This document shows positions 53,886 to 64,000 of a DNA stretch of 64,000 nt, one piece after another; within the stretch, counting starts at the first letter, position 1, and the number at the start of each line of letters is the position of its first letter. The DNA comes from Camelus ferus (lineage: Eukaryota): the NCBI RefSeq assembly GCF_009834535.1, contig NC_045697.1, positions 89,654,001-89,718,000 on the forward strand, in the 5' to 3' direction. Under the pieces are notes generated by a model, which was not told where the DNA came from, searched no databases, and was given only the letters and a program-made list of their open reading frames with translations. The position numbers and the translations under genes were made by a program.

Positions 53886-55587
53886 GATGCTGGTGCTAAG
53901 AAATGAGGAGTTCCCAGCACCTGGCTCTTTTATTCTGTTCATTAGAAATGGTCATCAAACAACTGGAGGGAGGAGAGCAAAGGTAGTTACTGCCAAAGTG
54001 ATTAGAATGTGAACACATGATCTTTCAGAGAGTGAGTTGACTGTACTTGAGAAAGACAGTAAAACTAGTGAACAGTGTATCAAGTGAGTGTGGTCGTCCA
54101 TTTATGACAGAACTTGTCTCTGCTGATGCGTTCCTCTCCTGATGAAGGTACAGAGAAGATGCATGCTTGGGACCATGTAGGGTTAGGGTTGTGTCGGGAG
54201 ATATGACATAAAACATGACAGGCAGGCAAGGGTGTATATTACTACTGAAATGGTGTTCAGCATGAACTAAGCTGGTTCATGAGGGAAGCTAAGAGCAGAA
54301 AAGGGACCAATGTATACCGGTGCTACTAAAATCAGAGAATTTCTTTTTCATTTTTGGTTTTATATTTTACTTTGACATGTATTTATGCATTGCTATTAAA
54401 GATAAGCTGATTAAAGTCTGAGTCACCAGTAGGTATTAATTAAGAAGCAGAGATCTAGGAATCTCCTGTTCCTGTTATGTTCATTGGTTAGGATACTTAC
54501 TACCAAAGACTCTCATTCTAATGTCATTCTGCTCCAGCTCAGAATGTAAAAGGCAGCACTCCAAACAGAGGTCTGTGACCTCCGGAACCCTGATCACAGT
54601 TCTAAGGTATTGCAAAAATGACTACAAGTAGAAAAATGGGAAAAGAATGCAACTGGTAATAAAAAATGATTTTTGTCACAATCCAGTAAGTGTTTACTGG
54701 TATTAATCAGCTCAGCAGGATTCAGAGTTCATAGTAAGGAACAGAGTTCATTACCTGAAAAGAAGGTTTACTTAAACTCTATTTAGCAGATACGGCTAGG
54801 TTTATAGACCACGCTACAGGCCAGCATGCCACACAGCAAAGATCTGCCAGAGACCACCAAGGAAGTCTTTGGCCTTCTCTTCAGAGAAGCACTGACCCAT
54901 GCAGCTCATGTGTGAGTCAGGCCAGACTGGCTAGCAAAACAAAACTGGACATCAGAAGAAAAGGAATACTGCTCAAAATACCCTCAAACAAAAGTCTCCT
55001 TAGTAACGTTCTATTGCTAATGTAAGAAAAACAAAGATCCTCTTTGTGGAAGGCCAGCCACCTGGGGTTTACCAATCTCTCGTCCCTTCTTTGAAGAACT
55101 CTTTCTCCAAAATAGACACACGCCATCCATCACAGAATAGCAAAGCACAATTTAACATTAAAATATTTCATTAGTTCAGAGGAATTTCAAGGTATCACAG
55201 AACAACTAGGCAGTCAAAAGGTAGAATGTTTATATTATTAAATTAATTTGGTTTAAGAGAATCTCATCTTCAAGTTCTGACTATTTACCTCACTGCTTTG
55301 GAAAATTCAACTGATGAGAGCACAGACAAGACGGGAGACACTCCTGATCTGTGTCAAAGCTCCCTGAGACTGCCCTAACAAGCTGTGTCCACTGCTCAAA
55401 TTTAAATAAAATCTTGTTTTCAAGCCACGTGGATAGCTATTCTTTCCCAGTAGAACTAGACCTTTCATTCAGAAATACCTTCAAGGATTTTGTTTTCCAA
55501 CACTTCACACAAGTTTCTTGATACCTGCCTTTGCTGTCTTTCTTTTCTTTATTTCACATCAATACTTATGAACCCAGACCTTAACTG

Positions 55588-55760
55588 ACAGTATTGCACT
55601 GGGTTAAGAGCATAGATGGTGCAGTTACAATCTGGATTCGACCTCAGCTCTGCCCTGTCCTGGTAGGAATGACCTTGAGCAAACTGGCTTAATCACTCTG
55701 GGCTTCAGTTTCTCTTCTATAAAAAAGTAAAGGCAAAAAGAGTGCCTATTGTATGAAGTT
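55588..55760 (+). mobile_element. MIR SINE
   Basis: ggttaagagcatag...cagctctgcc...tgaccttgagcaa...ctctgggcttcagtttctc. Confidence 0.8.
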
Positions 55761-55804
55761 CTGGTTTTCACAGCCTTGGCAAGTTGTGAGTTTTATGAAA
55801 GTAT

Positions 55805-56379
55805 TGTCAAAGCAAAAACTGTACTGGACAGAGTTAAACAGGTAAGAGATAATTTATTCAAGGCTATTGCAATAGGAGGAAGGTCCAGAACTTAGTCTGA
55901 ACCCAACTCTGCTGAAATACAAGGTGACAAGTTTTTTAAGAGCCCAGATGAGCTAGTCAAATAGTATTGGAGGACTTGAGGTGAGAGATTGGTCCGTGTG
56001 TCGAGCATGGTGAGTTGCAGACTTCTTCCTGAGTTTGCAACTTTTTTCCTACTGTGACTCAATCATCTTTGTTTGCTAACTGGCATCCACTGAAGTTAGG
56101 CTCCTATGCTCACACAGAAACTGAGATAGGAGGCTTCTCTCACAGACTGAGATATAGGAATTCTGTCTTCCTCTGTGATTACATTTGAATGGGATGTCTC
56201 CTTGGTCCTTGAGTAAGATATTCCTGGGTTGTAAAACTGGCAAGAGGCTTTTAAAAAGATTTACATCTCAAAGGGATAGAGAAATAATTTAAAATTACAA
56301 GTTTTCTAAGCCTGGAGTTAGGGAGAATTCTGCTTAAAGCGCAGTCCAGCTGATGGAAACTGCAAGGTCACCCTGACCA
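55805..56379 (-). mobile_element. ERV1 solo LTR (MER31/MER67-like)
   Basis: tgtcaaag...tttattcaaggctattgcaatagg...ctgggttgtaaaactggcaagaggc...tgacca. Confidence 0.75.
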
Positions 56380-56829
56380 GTGCCTGTTGTTGCTTATTAT
56401 TATTAGCATCATTGTTTGAAACTTCTCCACCTGGTTAGTGAACATACAAAAGTAGATTTTTTAGATGTTCCTGGGATGGTATCAAGTGATATTCAGATAA
56501 CTTTGGTTTTTTTGTTTGTTTGTTTTAGGAAGCCCAGAAATGTCTAAATTTAGCCCCAAACCCTTATCTTTACTCACATTTCCCAATATATGACATAGGT
56601 ATGAGAATCAATGGTAGATGGAAACCAAAATATCAAAAATTTTGATGAAGAGAACTCTGCAAAACAGATTTGGTTTTATGGAGCAACTCTATTTGTGAAA
56701 CAAAACAAAATAAAATCTAACCAGAAAACTACTCTGTCTTTTTCAGCTAAACGTCATTTACCTTTGTAAAAAAAAAAATAAATAAAGGTAGTTTACAATT
56801 TTACCACATATTGGCCACCCCACCCCCCA

Positions 56830-56831
<2 letters not shown>

Positions 56832-56877
<46 letters not shown>

Positions 56878-56879
56878 AA
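56832..56879 (+). repeat. (GAAA)12 microsatellite
   Basis: Perfect tetranucleotide run. Confidence 0.95.
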
Positions 56880-57309
56880 AGCACAAGATATGGAAGGAAA
56901 GTTTGGCCTTTTTACAAATTCTGCCGTAAGTGAATTAGACAGAAAGAGAAGAAAAATCTATGTGCTTTGGCTTTTTAACACTCGATGCTCCCTCGACTCC
57001 AAAAACACTGTAAAATTATATCTTCTCAGGGGTGGGTATCTGACAGAAGAGGAACTGGTAGAGGACAGAATAAAGGTAACACTTCCTCTTTTAAAGTGAT
57101 TATCACTATTTCTCCCCTTTACCCCATTTCACTGTTGGGCCCATTGACAGCTGAAAGGCCGATAGTCAAATAAATAAAGACTTGGACATCTCTTATCTTG
57201 CAGAGAGGGCTGGTCTTGCTTTTAAGCTCTCAACACCTTGCCTCAGGCTCCTTAGTATTTTGACTTACTAGTTTGTCATCTTCAATATTCTTGGGAGAAA
57301 AGGGCTTAA

Positions 57310-57770
57310 GAAAATTGATAAAGATTTAACTGTATCTGAGAAATGAGAGAGGGATTTGAGAGAGGCAACAGAAAGTAGTTTATGCATTTTTTTGAAAATC
57401 CAACTGAAAACTGAACGAGTTTATCATATGGGACAGATGGAATGATGAGTTTATCCTGGGACAGAACCTTAGGCCTTGGGATTCTCTGCGTTATGAGTAT
57501 ACGATTCTGGGTTGGAATTTCACCATTACGTGTGGAAGAAGTACTGCTCATGGGAGTCGTAAGGAGTGAGGAACTTGCAGGTATTGGCAGGAGATAACGG
57601 AGGAACACGTGGCATAGCCCAGACAGAGAAACCACCAAAGGAAAGAGAAAGAAGACACAGATTGATGATGACGTCAGAGAAGAGATGGAATTAGAGCAAG
57701 AGAAATGGACTGCTGTGGTCAGAAGGTGGGACAGTGAGATCTGAAGTTTTAGCAATAGTTTCACGTTAGG
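57310..57770 (-). mobile_element. Probable L2 internal fragment
   Basis: Purine-rich plus strand; the minus strand has ccttctgaccac (SDH-like endonuclease motif). This explains the spurious 152-aa ORF. Confidence 0.4.
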
Positions 57771-58149
57771 GGATTTTGCATCTTTTCTTGAATTTACGGC
57801 TCTCTTCTTATTGACATTATCAACTCCTCTCCTTAGCTCATTTCCCTCTGCTGATATTCATATTGTAAAGACAGAAGATGCTTTCAATCCTTTTATTCAT
57901 CAAGAAGAAGCACTTCCTTCTTGAAATATGATCTGGTATTGTAGAGTAATGGACACTTGATACAAAATGACTAAATATTACAATGGCAGCAGTATCTCAG
58001 GAAGTTAGTAGTATTAGCAGTAGTGATAGTCACGTTTTTAGTTTTGGCTTAGTAAATATACCACTTCTGTAAAGAATTAAAATACAGTAGAAAGTCTTTT
58101 AAAGCAAATTGACAATCTGGCAAGGAAATCTAAGAAGCAAGAAAAATGT

Positions 58150-58680
58150 GATTGAGAAATGGAAGAGCATCAGAGGTGGCTTTTCCTTTGTGGGGGGAGT
58201 GGTCTGCTGAACCCTGGAGAGTTGTCTTTGCAGAGTACAGGGGACAGACAGAAAAAACGTTCAGGGCTTGCCCAAAGTTGGGAACACAAAAGGAAACCCT
58301 CACATTAACTTCCTCAGTGTGCAGAGTAGACTAGAAATAAAACCTGACCCTTACCAAAAAGATTGCAAGGGAAGTTGTTGTCTTAGACCTCACCACAGAA
58401 TAATATAATTATATGGAAAAGAAAGAAAGAAAGAAAAAAAAAACTCTTCCTTGAGAATTTACCCCCACAAGATGGTATACACTTGTTTACAGATGAATTT
58501 TGTATTTCCCTAGACATTTCAAGCTGGTGATTTAGTTCCAAATGGTCTGTTTGTACTCCCAGACTCTATCAAGAAAACTACAGTCACTATTACCTTCAAA
58601 GAAGCCCCACAGACCCAACCCCAAAAATATAAAGTGCATAACGCACGAGGAAATGAGTGCACCCATTAGACAACCAACAG
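58150..58680 (+). mobile_element. Possible old L1ME/HAL1 5' region
   Basis: ttcagggcttgcccaaag..., gattgcaagggaagttg...agacct resemble old L1 5' ends. Confidence 0.35.
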
Positions 58681-60356
58681 AAACAAAACCAAGTTTTTAA
58701 AACATTAATTAAAAATGACTCATTTCGTTCTTCTCACATAACAAGACCATCCTCATAGCTGACCCCAACAATACCTTCTTTGGATCCTTAAACATGGGTT
58801 ACATGTTAGCAGCTGCAAAATGTTTTTCGCCACACACCACACACTAACTGTACTTGGTCCTGAGCATACAGAGATACTGATTTATAGACACTTTGTTGAG
58901 GAGACAATCCTCAGGAAGCTATCGCATAATTGGGAAAGAAAACATACACAGTAAGGTCAAAGTGAACTGAGTGCTTTAAAAAACAAAATATGGATGATTT
59001 AAATTTGAAAAATCATAAACAGATCTCTTCCAAGGCTACTCACGTAAAGTTAGCCCACTGCTCTCCAAGGACCTCTAGGGAAGGAGACAGACTCTAGACA
59101 GAAAACTAACTAGGTCCATTCTGCTTACATCTCTCCCCATAACTAAAGAGGGTAGAAGTTCAGTTTTTTAGACTATTTTAAGGGGCTACTCTATTTGTCT
59201 CCAGCCCCACCTTGCATTCCTGGTATCGCTTCTTTAATATTGACTCCCCTGGACCAATTAAATGAGTACCTCATGCTGAACCCTGGTAGCTTTTTTTTTC
59301 TCTCTCTTCCCCAGATCTGGAGCTAACCGAGATCCAAAGTATTAACCAAGAGCAAACCATAGCCCATCATTGGCATTGTGCTTTACCCTGAAAAATAACA
59401 AGTTCCTCATCCAGCATTCTTGGAAGCAATGAAAGTAGCTTCAGTAACCTTTTAAAATGACAGCTTAGTTTGCATAAGCTGGATTCACCAGACATGTCTC
59501 GTCGGACTAACTGAACTACACTGCGGTATGATTCTCCTCAGCGAGAGATTCCAGTATTCATTACCCAACTGTGTTCCCAAATTAGAACACTGGTGGGCAA
59601 AACTTCATGTAACAGTTCAGAATATCCTTGATTCTCCCAGTAGTGGAGCTCAGAGCCGAGTAAGAGGAGAGCAGCTCTTGAAACTTTAGGAGAAAAACAG
59701 CCTTGCTCTAGGTCATACATATGGCAAGGGTATTGTTTCATTAGGAATGCATTTGCTAAACTCATTTTCATTTGCAAAATGAGGTTGAAAGGATTTTCTC
59801 TATTTTGTGAATCTTGGTCCATATGACTAGGAAAAAAAAAAAAGTAACTCAGACACCAGGGATAGGATGGGTCTGCAGCAGATAGGATTGTTCTCTTAAA
59901 ATTCCAGGATCAGGTACATGTTTGCTTCTAAGGATGGCATGCTCATATGATCATCCAAGGACCAGAGTTAGGATTTAAAATCTCAGTGTCCACAGCTAGC
60001 CTGGGTGGCCCTAGTTAGTGAGTAAAGACTGAAAGCAAGATGTTACTTTCTGTTAGCAACACTACCCTGTGTCACTTCCTACTTTCAGTTTGTGGGTCAG
60101 CTGTCCCCACGCTGGAATTTGGCCTATTCTCACTACGGGGGGTAAGTACCACCTTGTGGTCGGGACTTGTAAGGACTAGCTCAGTGTCTACTTGTTAAAA
60201 GATTCCAGCAGCCACTCTGACATGGGTCTCACGCAGAAGGTGAGAGTTAGTTAAACCCTGGGGAGAGACTTCCTGTTCCTGAATGTCATCAAGTAACCTT
60301 TGCCAAGCTTGCTGTTGTTACAGTAATGACCTAAGTTACTGTCTGAAAGTTAGTCT

Positions 60357-60640
60357 GCACGGACGTAGAAAACAAATGATGGTCACCAAAGGGGAAAGGG
60401 CAGGGGCGGGATAAATTAGGAGTTTGGGATTAACAGATACACATTACAAAACATAAATTAGATAAACAACAAGGACCTACTGTATAGCACAGGGAACTAT
60501 ATTCAATTTCTTATAATAAGCTATAATGGAAAAGAATCTGAAAAAAAAATGTGTATATATGTATAACTGAAACACTTTGCCTGTACCTAAAACTAACATT
60601 GTAAATTAACTGCATTTCAAAAAAATAAAATTAAAGAGAA
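60357..60640 (+). mobile_element. L1 3' end with TSD
   Basis: caaaggggaaaggg...gataaattaggagtttgggattaacagatac; TSD aaagttagtct (60346-60356) / aaaattagtct (60641-60651). Confidence 0.9.
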
Positions 60641-62999
60641 AAAATTAGTCTAACACAAAAAGAAAGTCTTCTTTTCCTTTCATCCTGGGCATCAGTAGTA
60701 TTCAGAACATTGTACACAGCCCTAAAGTAATTAAAAGATGTTTCAGGGGTTGCTATGAAAATAAAACAGCCACCAGAGAAGGTGAAGTTCACTCCTTCAC
60801 TCCCTACACACTTCAGTCACAAGATCTTTTTTCTTCTGTCTAGTTTATCTGTACAAGATTTGTTTGAATAAAAGATTTCATTGACTACAAAAAAAAAAAA
60901 AAAGGAAGTGAAAAATCACTGTTCTATTTAATCGACTAAAATAATTTTTTGTTATAAATTATTTGGATAATCACAATTGTGCAGACCTTATTTCTTGCAT
61001 AATGATAAGTTTGGAAAGATTTGTCTGAAACCATAACAACAAAACAAAACACCATGGTTGTTGTCTCTGAGTTGCCAAAGATGACCGACTCTGCCCGGTG
61101 GGAACATGCTGCAGGCATATGTGTGAATGCCTCGCACTGTACGGCCACGATAGTGAGAGTCTGCACATAAAGTAGCGCACAATAGCAAATTATGCAGTAA
61201 CATTTCTAAGTGTGTCAGCAGAGCCAGTAGGGTCTGATGGAACTTACGGGGTGCTGTCTTCTGGGAGAGTATGATGGAGATCAGCAATGACACAAAGATT
61301 TTGTAATTTTCACTTCTTGGTTCTAGCAAAGGTAGGGATGAATTTTTAGGTAGTATCTGAGTGCACTTAGCATGTGAGCACAATCTCTTGCAACTGGGAA
61401 AGAGGTATAAGGTTTAAGAACTTGTCTAAACCTTTCTCAAGCTGTTTTTCAGATTTTGTGGGGTCTTGGAAGACATACGCTCCAAAATCAATTTGATGTT
61501 CTTGATTGCTAATGTTTGCTTTCTGGCCTTAATGCTAAACATGTGTATACACATGTGGCCACTTAGTAGCCTAATGTCTGTGTTTGAGCAGACTAACAAA
61601 CTGCACTTAATTCACCTAAGGGGATCTTTCCTGTGAGATGGGTCTTTCATCTTCACAGATTTGCGATCACAGAATTTGAGTAAGTTCTATCAGTAGATTA
61701 AAATGTTCCACTGTGAAGACCTTTTCAGGACAGGTCGAATGCAATCTTCAGCACTGATACACGTTAATGCGGGAAATGTGCCAAAGGCTACGTGACTAAT
61801 CTGACATCTGATTATTCACATCAGTAATTTACTCGTAATGATACATTTTATATGCAGTACCCAATACCCAGAGTAAATATCTTAAATTAAAATAGTGTTA
61901 CCCGTAAAACTGCTTCACATTAAAAAAAAAAAGAGTGCAATTTCTGAATGTTTACTTTAAAACAAATTGCATTTGAACATCTTCCATATTTTCATTTTTT
62001 CCCGCTTCTTTTGGCTAATAATACTGAGCACATTTTTGTTATGAGGAAAGTGTATAAATATTCAGCTGTATATTATCAGTTAGTTTTTTTGGCTAAGTTT
62101 TTTAGAACTAATGAGTCGCTTTGCCACAGGATTAGTAATAAAAGTAAATTGTCCTATGTCACGCCTTTCGTGGCTCTGATGTTGAAATGAACTTCACACT
62201 TTCCTGATAACATAGAAATATGATTCTTACATACTTTTCACCTCATTCAGTGCCAAATGTTTACCTAAGACATCAAAGTATATATTTCTATAATAGAATG
62301 CTGTTTTGTCTCAGTGCAAGAAAAATGAGATACAGAATTAGTTGATTTCAATTTGTTTTGTAAGCTTCACATAAAAGTTTAAAAATTAGTGTGCATTTTA
62401 AATGTTAGAAGAATATTGAAAGACCCCTGTATCACCTTTTATAACCTCTATAATAGTTCAATAGTTTCATTGATTTTTCTCTACTTTATTATTAAAAAAT
62501 GTTTAATTTTTTTTCTCCTTATTTGGTTTCTCTCAAGTGAAAATGTTTCTAAATAACCTCATATAATCTACTTTACTTCTTTGACTCTTTATACAAAACC
62601 TGATGTTCACCCTTTCTTCAAATGTAAGTGAACTGTATTTCTGTCAGCATACCTAATGATTTTATCTATTAATTGGGTACAGGCATCCTCAGAGTTAAGT
62701 TCTGAGTAAATCTGATAGCCAGTGAATCTAATTTTACTCTTATCTCTGAGCTCAAGCCAATTATATGACAGTATGCATTTCTCTGAAGACAGCATAAAGG
62801 GAAGACTCCATATGGGGTAGTGCATTTATTGTGTCCACATGATCATGACCCAAGACTTGACTGAAAAATCACACTAATCAGAAAACTTGTCAACTTATCT
62901 TTTTCTTCAGATCTTGCAGCATTATTGAGATCAGACTAAACAAAGAAAGGCGTTGTGCAAAACTCTAAGTTGTATTTCTTCACCTTACACTCGCTCGTT

Positions 63000-63300
63000 T
63001 TGTTCATTTACTAAATATTAATAGAGCATCATAAGCACCAGACACTGGACAAGATCCTGGGGACACGTGGGCCATGTTTCCTACTCTCTTGGAGTTTACA
63101 TTCCTGGCACCGCCATGTACGAACCAATCTTTGTGTTACTCTGTGTTACTTAACCTTTCTGCCTCACTTTCCCTATCCAAAATACGTGAATCATAATGGT
63201 ATATAGAACACCATTTTGTTCTGTAGTTGAGACAGTTAAATAATAATATACATGAAGCATTTTAGATAAAGGCTGGGCTGAGACTGTTAGCTCTTAGTAG
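63000..63300. mobile_element. L2 tail (minus, ~63000-63110) followed by MIR (plus, ~63140-63300)
   Basis: ttcatttactaaatatt...ccagacactg...ggagtttacattc; gttacttaacctttctgcctcactttcc. Confidence 0.6.
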
Positions 63301-64000
63301 TAGTATTAGCAAAATCATCTAAGAGAGAAATATAAGAAATATTTATTATAAATGCTGGTAGTGTTATAAGGGAGAAGAACAGCAGCGAAGGGAGATTATA
63401 ACAGGATGGTCTCATAAATAATAATTATGCAACTACAGATAATATGACTAAATATGTACAAGTGCAAGTGAGGACAGTATCTATGACAAAATAGTAAATG
63501 GCAATCTATTTGTAAATGAAAATATATTTGTAAATGAAAACATATCTGTAGGTATATGCTAATTCATTCATAATTTTTTCTAGAGATTTATCTTTAATTT
63601 TTCTCTAACTATTTCTGGATAAAATGTCAAGAAGGAAGTCATTATAAGTCTCAGTGGGTTGGGAAAAAATGATCTGGTTTGAAATTACAAAATGGATAAA
63701 TGAATATATGAGGAAATACTAAGATGGCTGTTTCATAGCCATGTCTAAATAGCAACAAATCAGCCATAAAAGTTGCAGTCACATTCCGACCACTGCTAAT
63801 AACTTCACTTCTTTTAGGTACAATCACACCAAACAATCCAATGATCTAATTGTGTGGAAGAGTCCTTACATTTTTACTGAAGTATATTTGAAAGTGTATT
63901 TCTGTATTAATAATTAGAAAGGTATTAAATTCCACAAAGCATGCTGCCACCTTTTATATACTAAATGTTTAGTGAACATGTGAGTGAAAGGAAGGAAGTT

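Noticed and set aside
57306..57764. Longest ORF in the window (152 aa)
   Set aside because: Ser/Leu-rich translation of a pyrimidine-biased strand, probably L2-derived, with no exon signals.
59291..59700. Splice-acceptor-like signals on both strands (plus 59314, minus ~59685)
   Set aside because: No convincing paired donor and no recognisable peptide.
1..64000. CRISPR arrays, operons, rRNA/tRNA genes, CpG island
   Set aside because: None seen. The sequence is CpG-depleted mammalian DNA with no regularly spaced repeats.

Overview
AT-rich eutherian mammalian genomic DNA. The young L1 3'UTRs and the lack of any recognisable Alu, B1/B2, Bov-A/tA, PRE1 or Can-SINE suggest a cetartiodactyl, probably a camelid (inference). 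I found no intact protein-coding gene, RNA gene or prokaryotic feature; the ORF track is mostly noise or L1/L2 remnants. Much of the window is interspersed repeats (L1 of several ages, L2, MIR, MLT1/MLT2/LTR16/ERVL/ERV1 LTRs, Tigger and hAT elements). The main discovery is a decayed multi-exon gene on the minus strand at about 31.0-46.5 kb. It has about 18 exons bounded mostly by AG/GT signals with matching phases, and encodes roughly 900-1,000 codons with scattered stops. Near its C-terminus is an ankyrin repeat split by an old L1, and it may contain an ADP-ribosyltransferase-like segment. It looks like an ancient unitary pseudogene that I cannot name. There are also two local templated duplications, a 5'-inverted L1 and several L1 insertions with target-site duplications (TSDs). 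Repeat subfamily names come from remembered consensus sequences, and repeat boundaries are approximate unless a TSD or terminal inverted repeat (TIR) is quoted.
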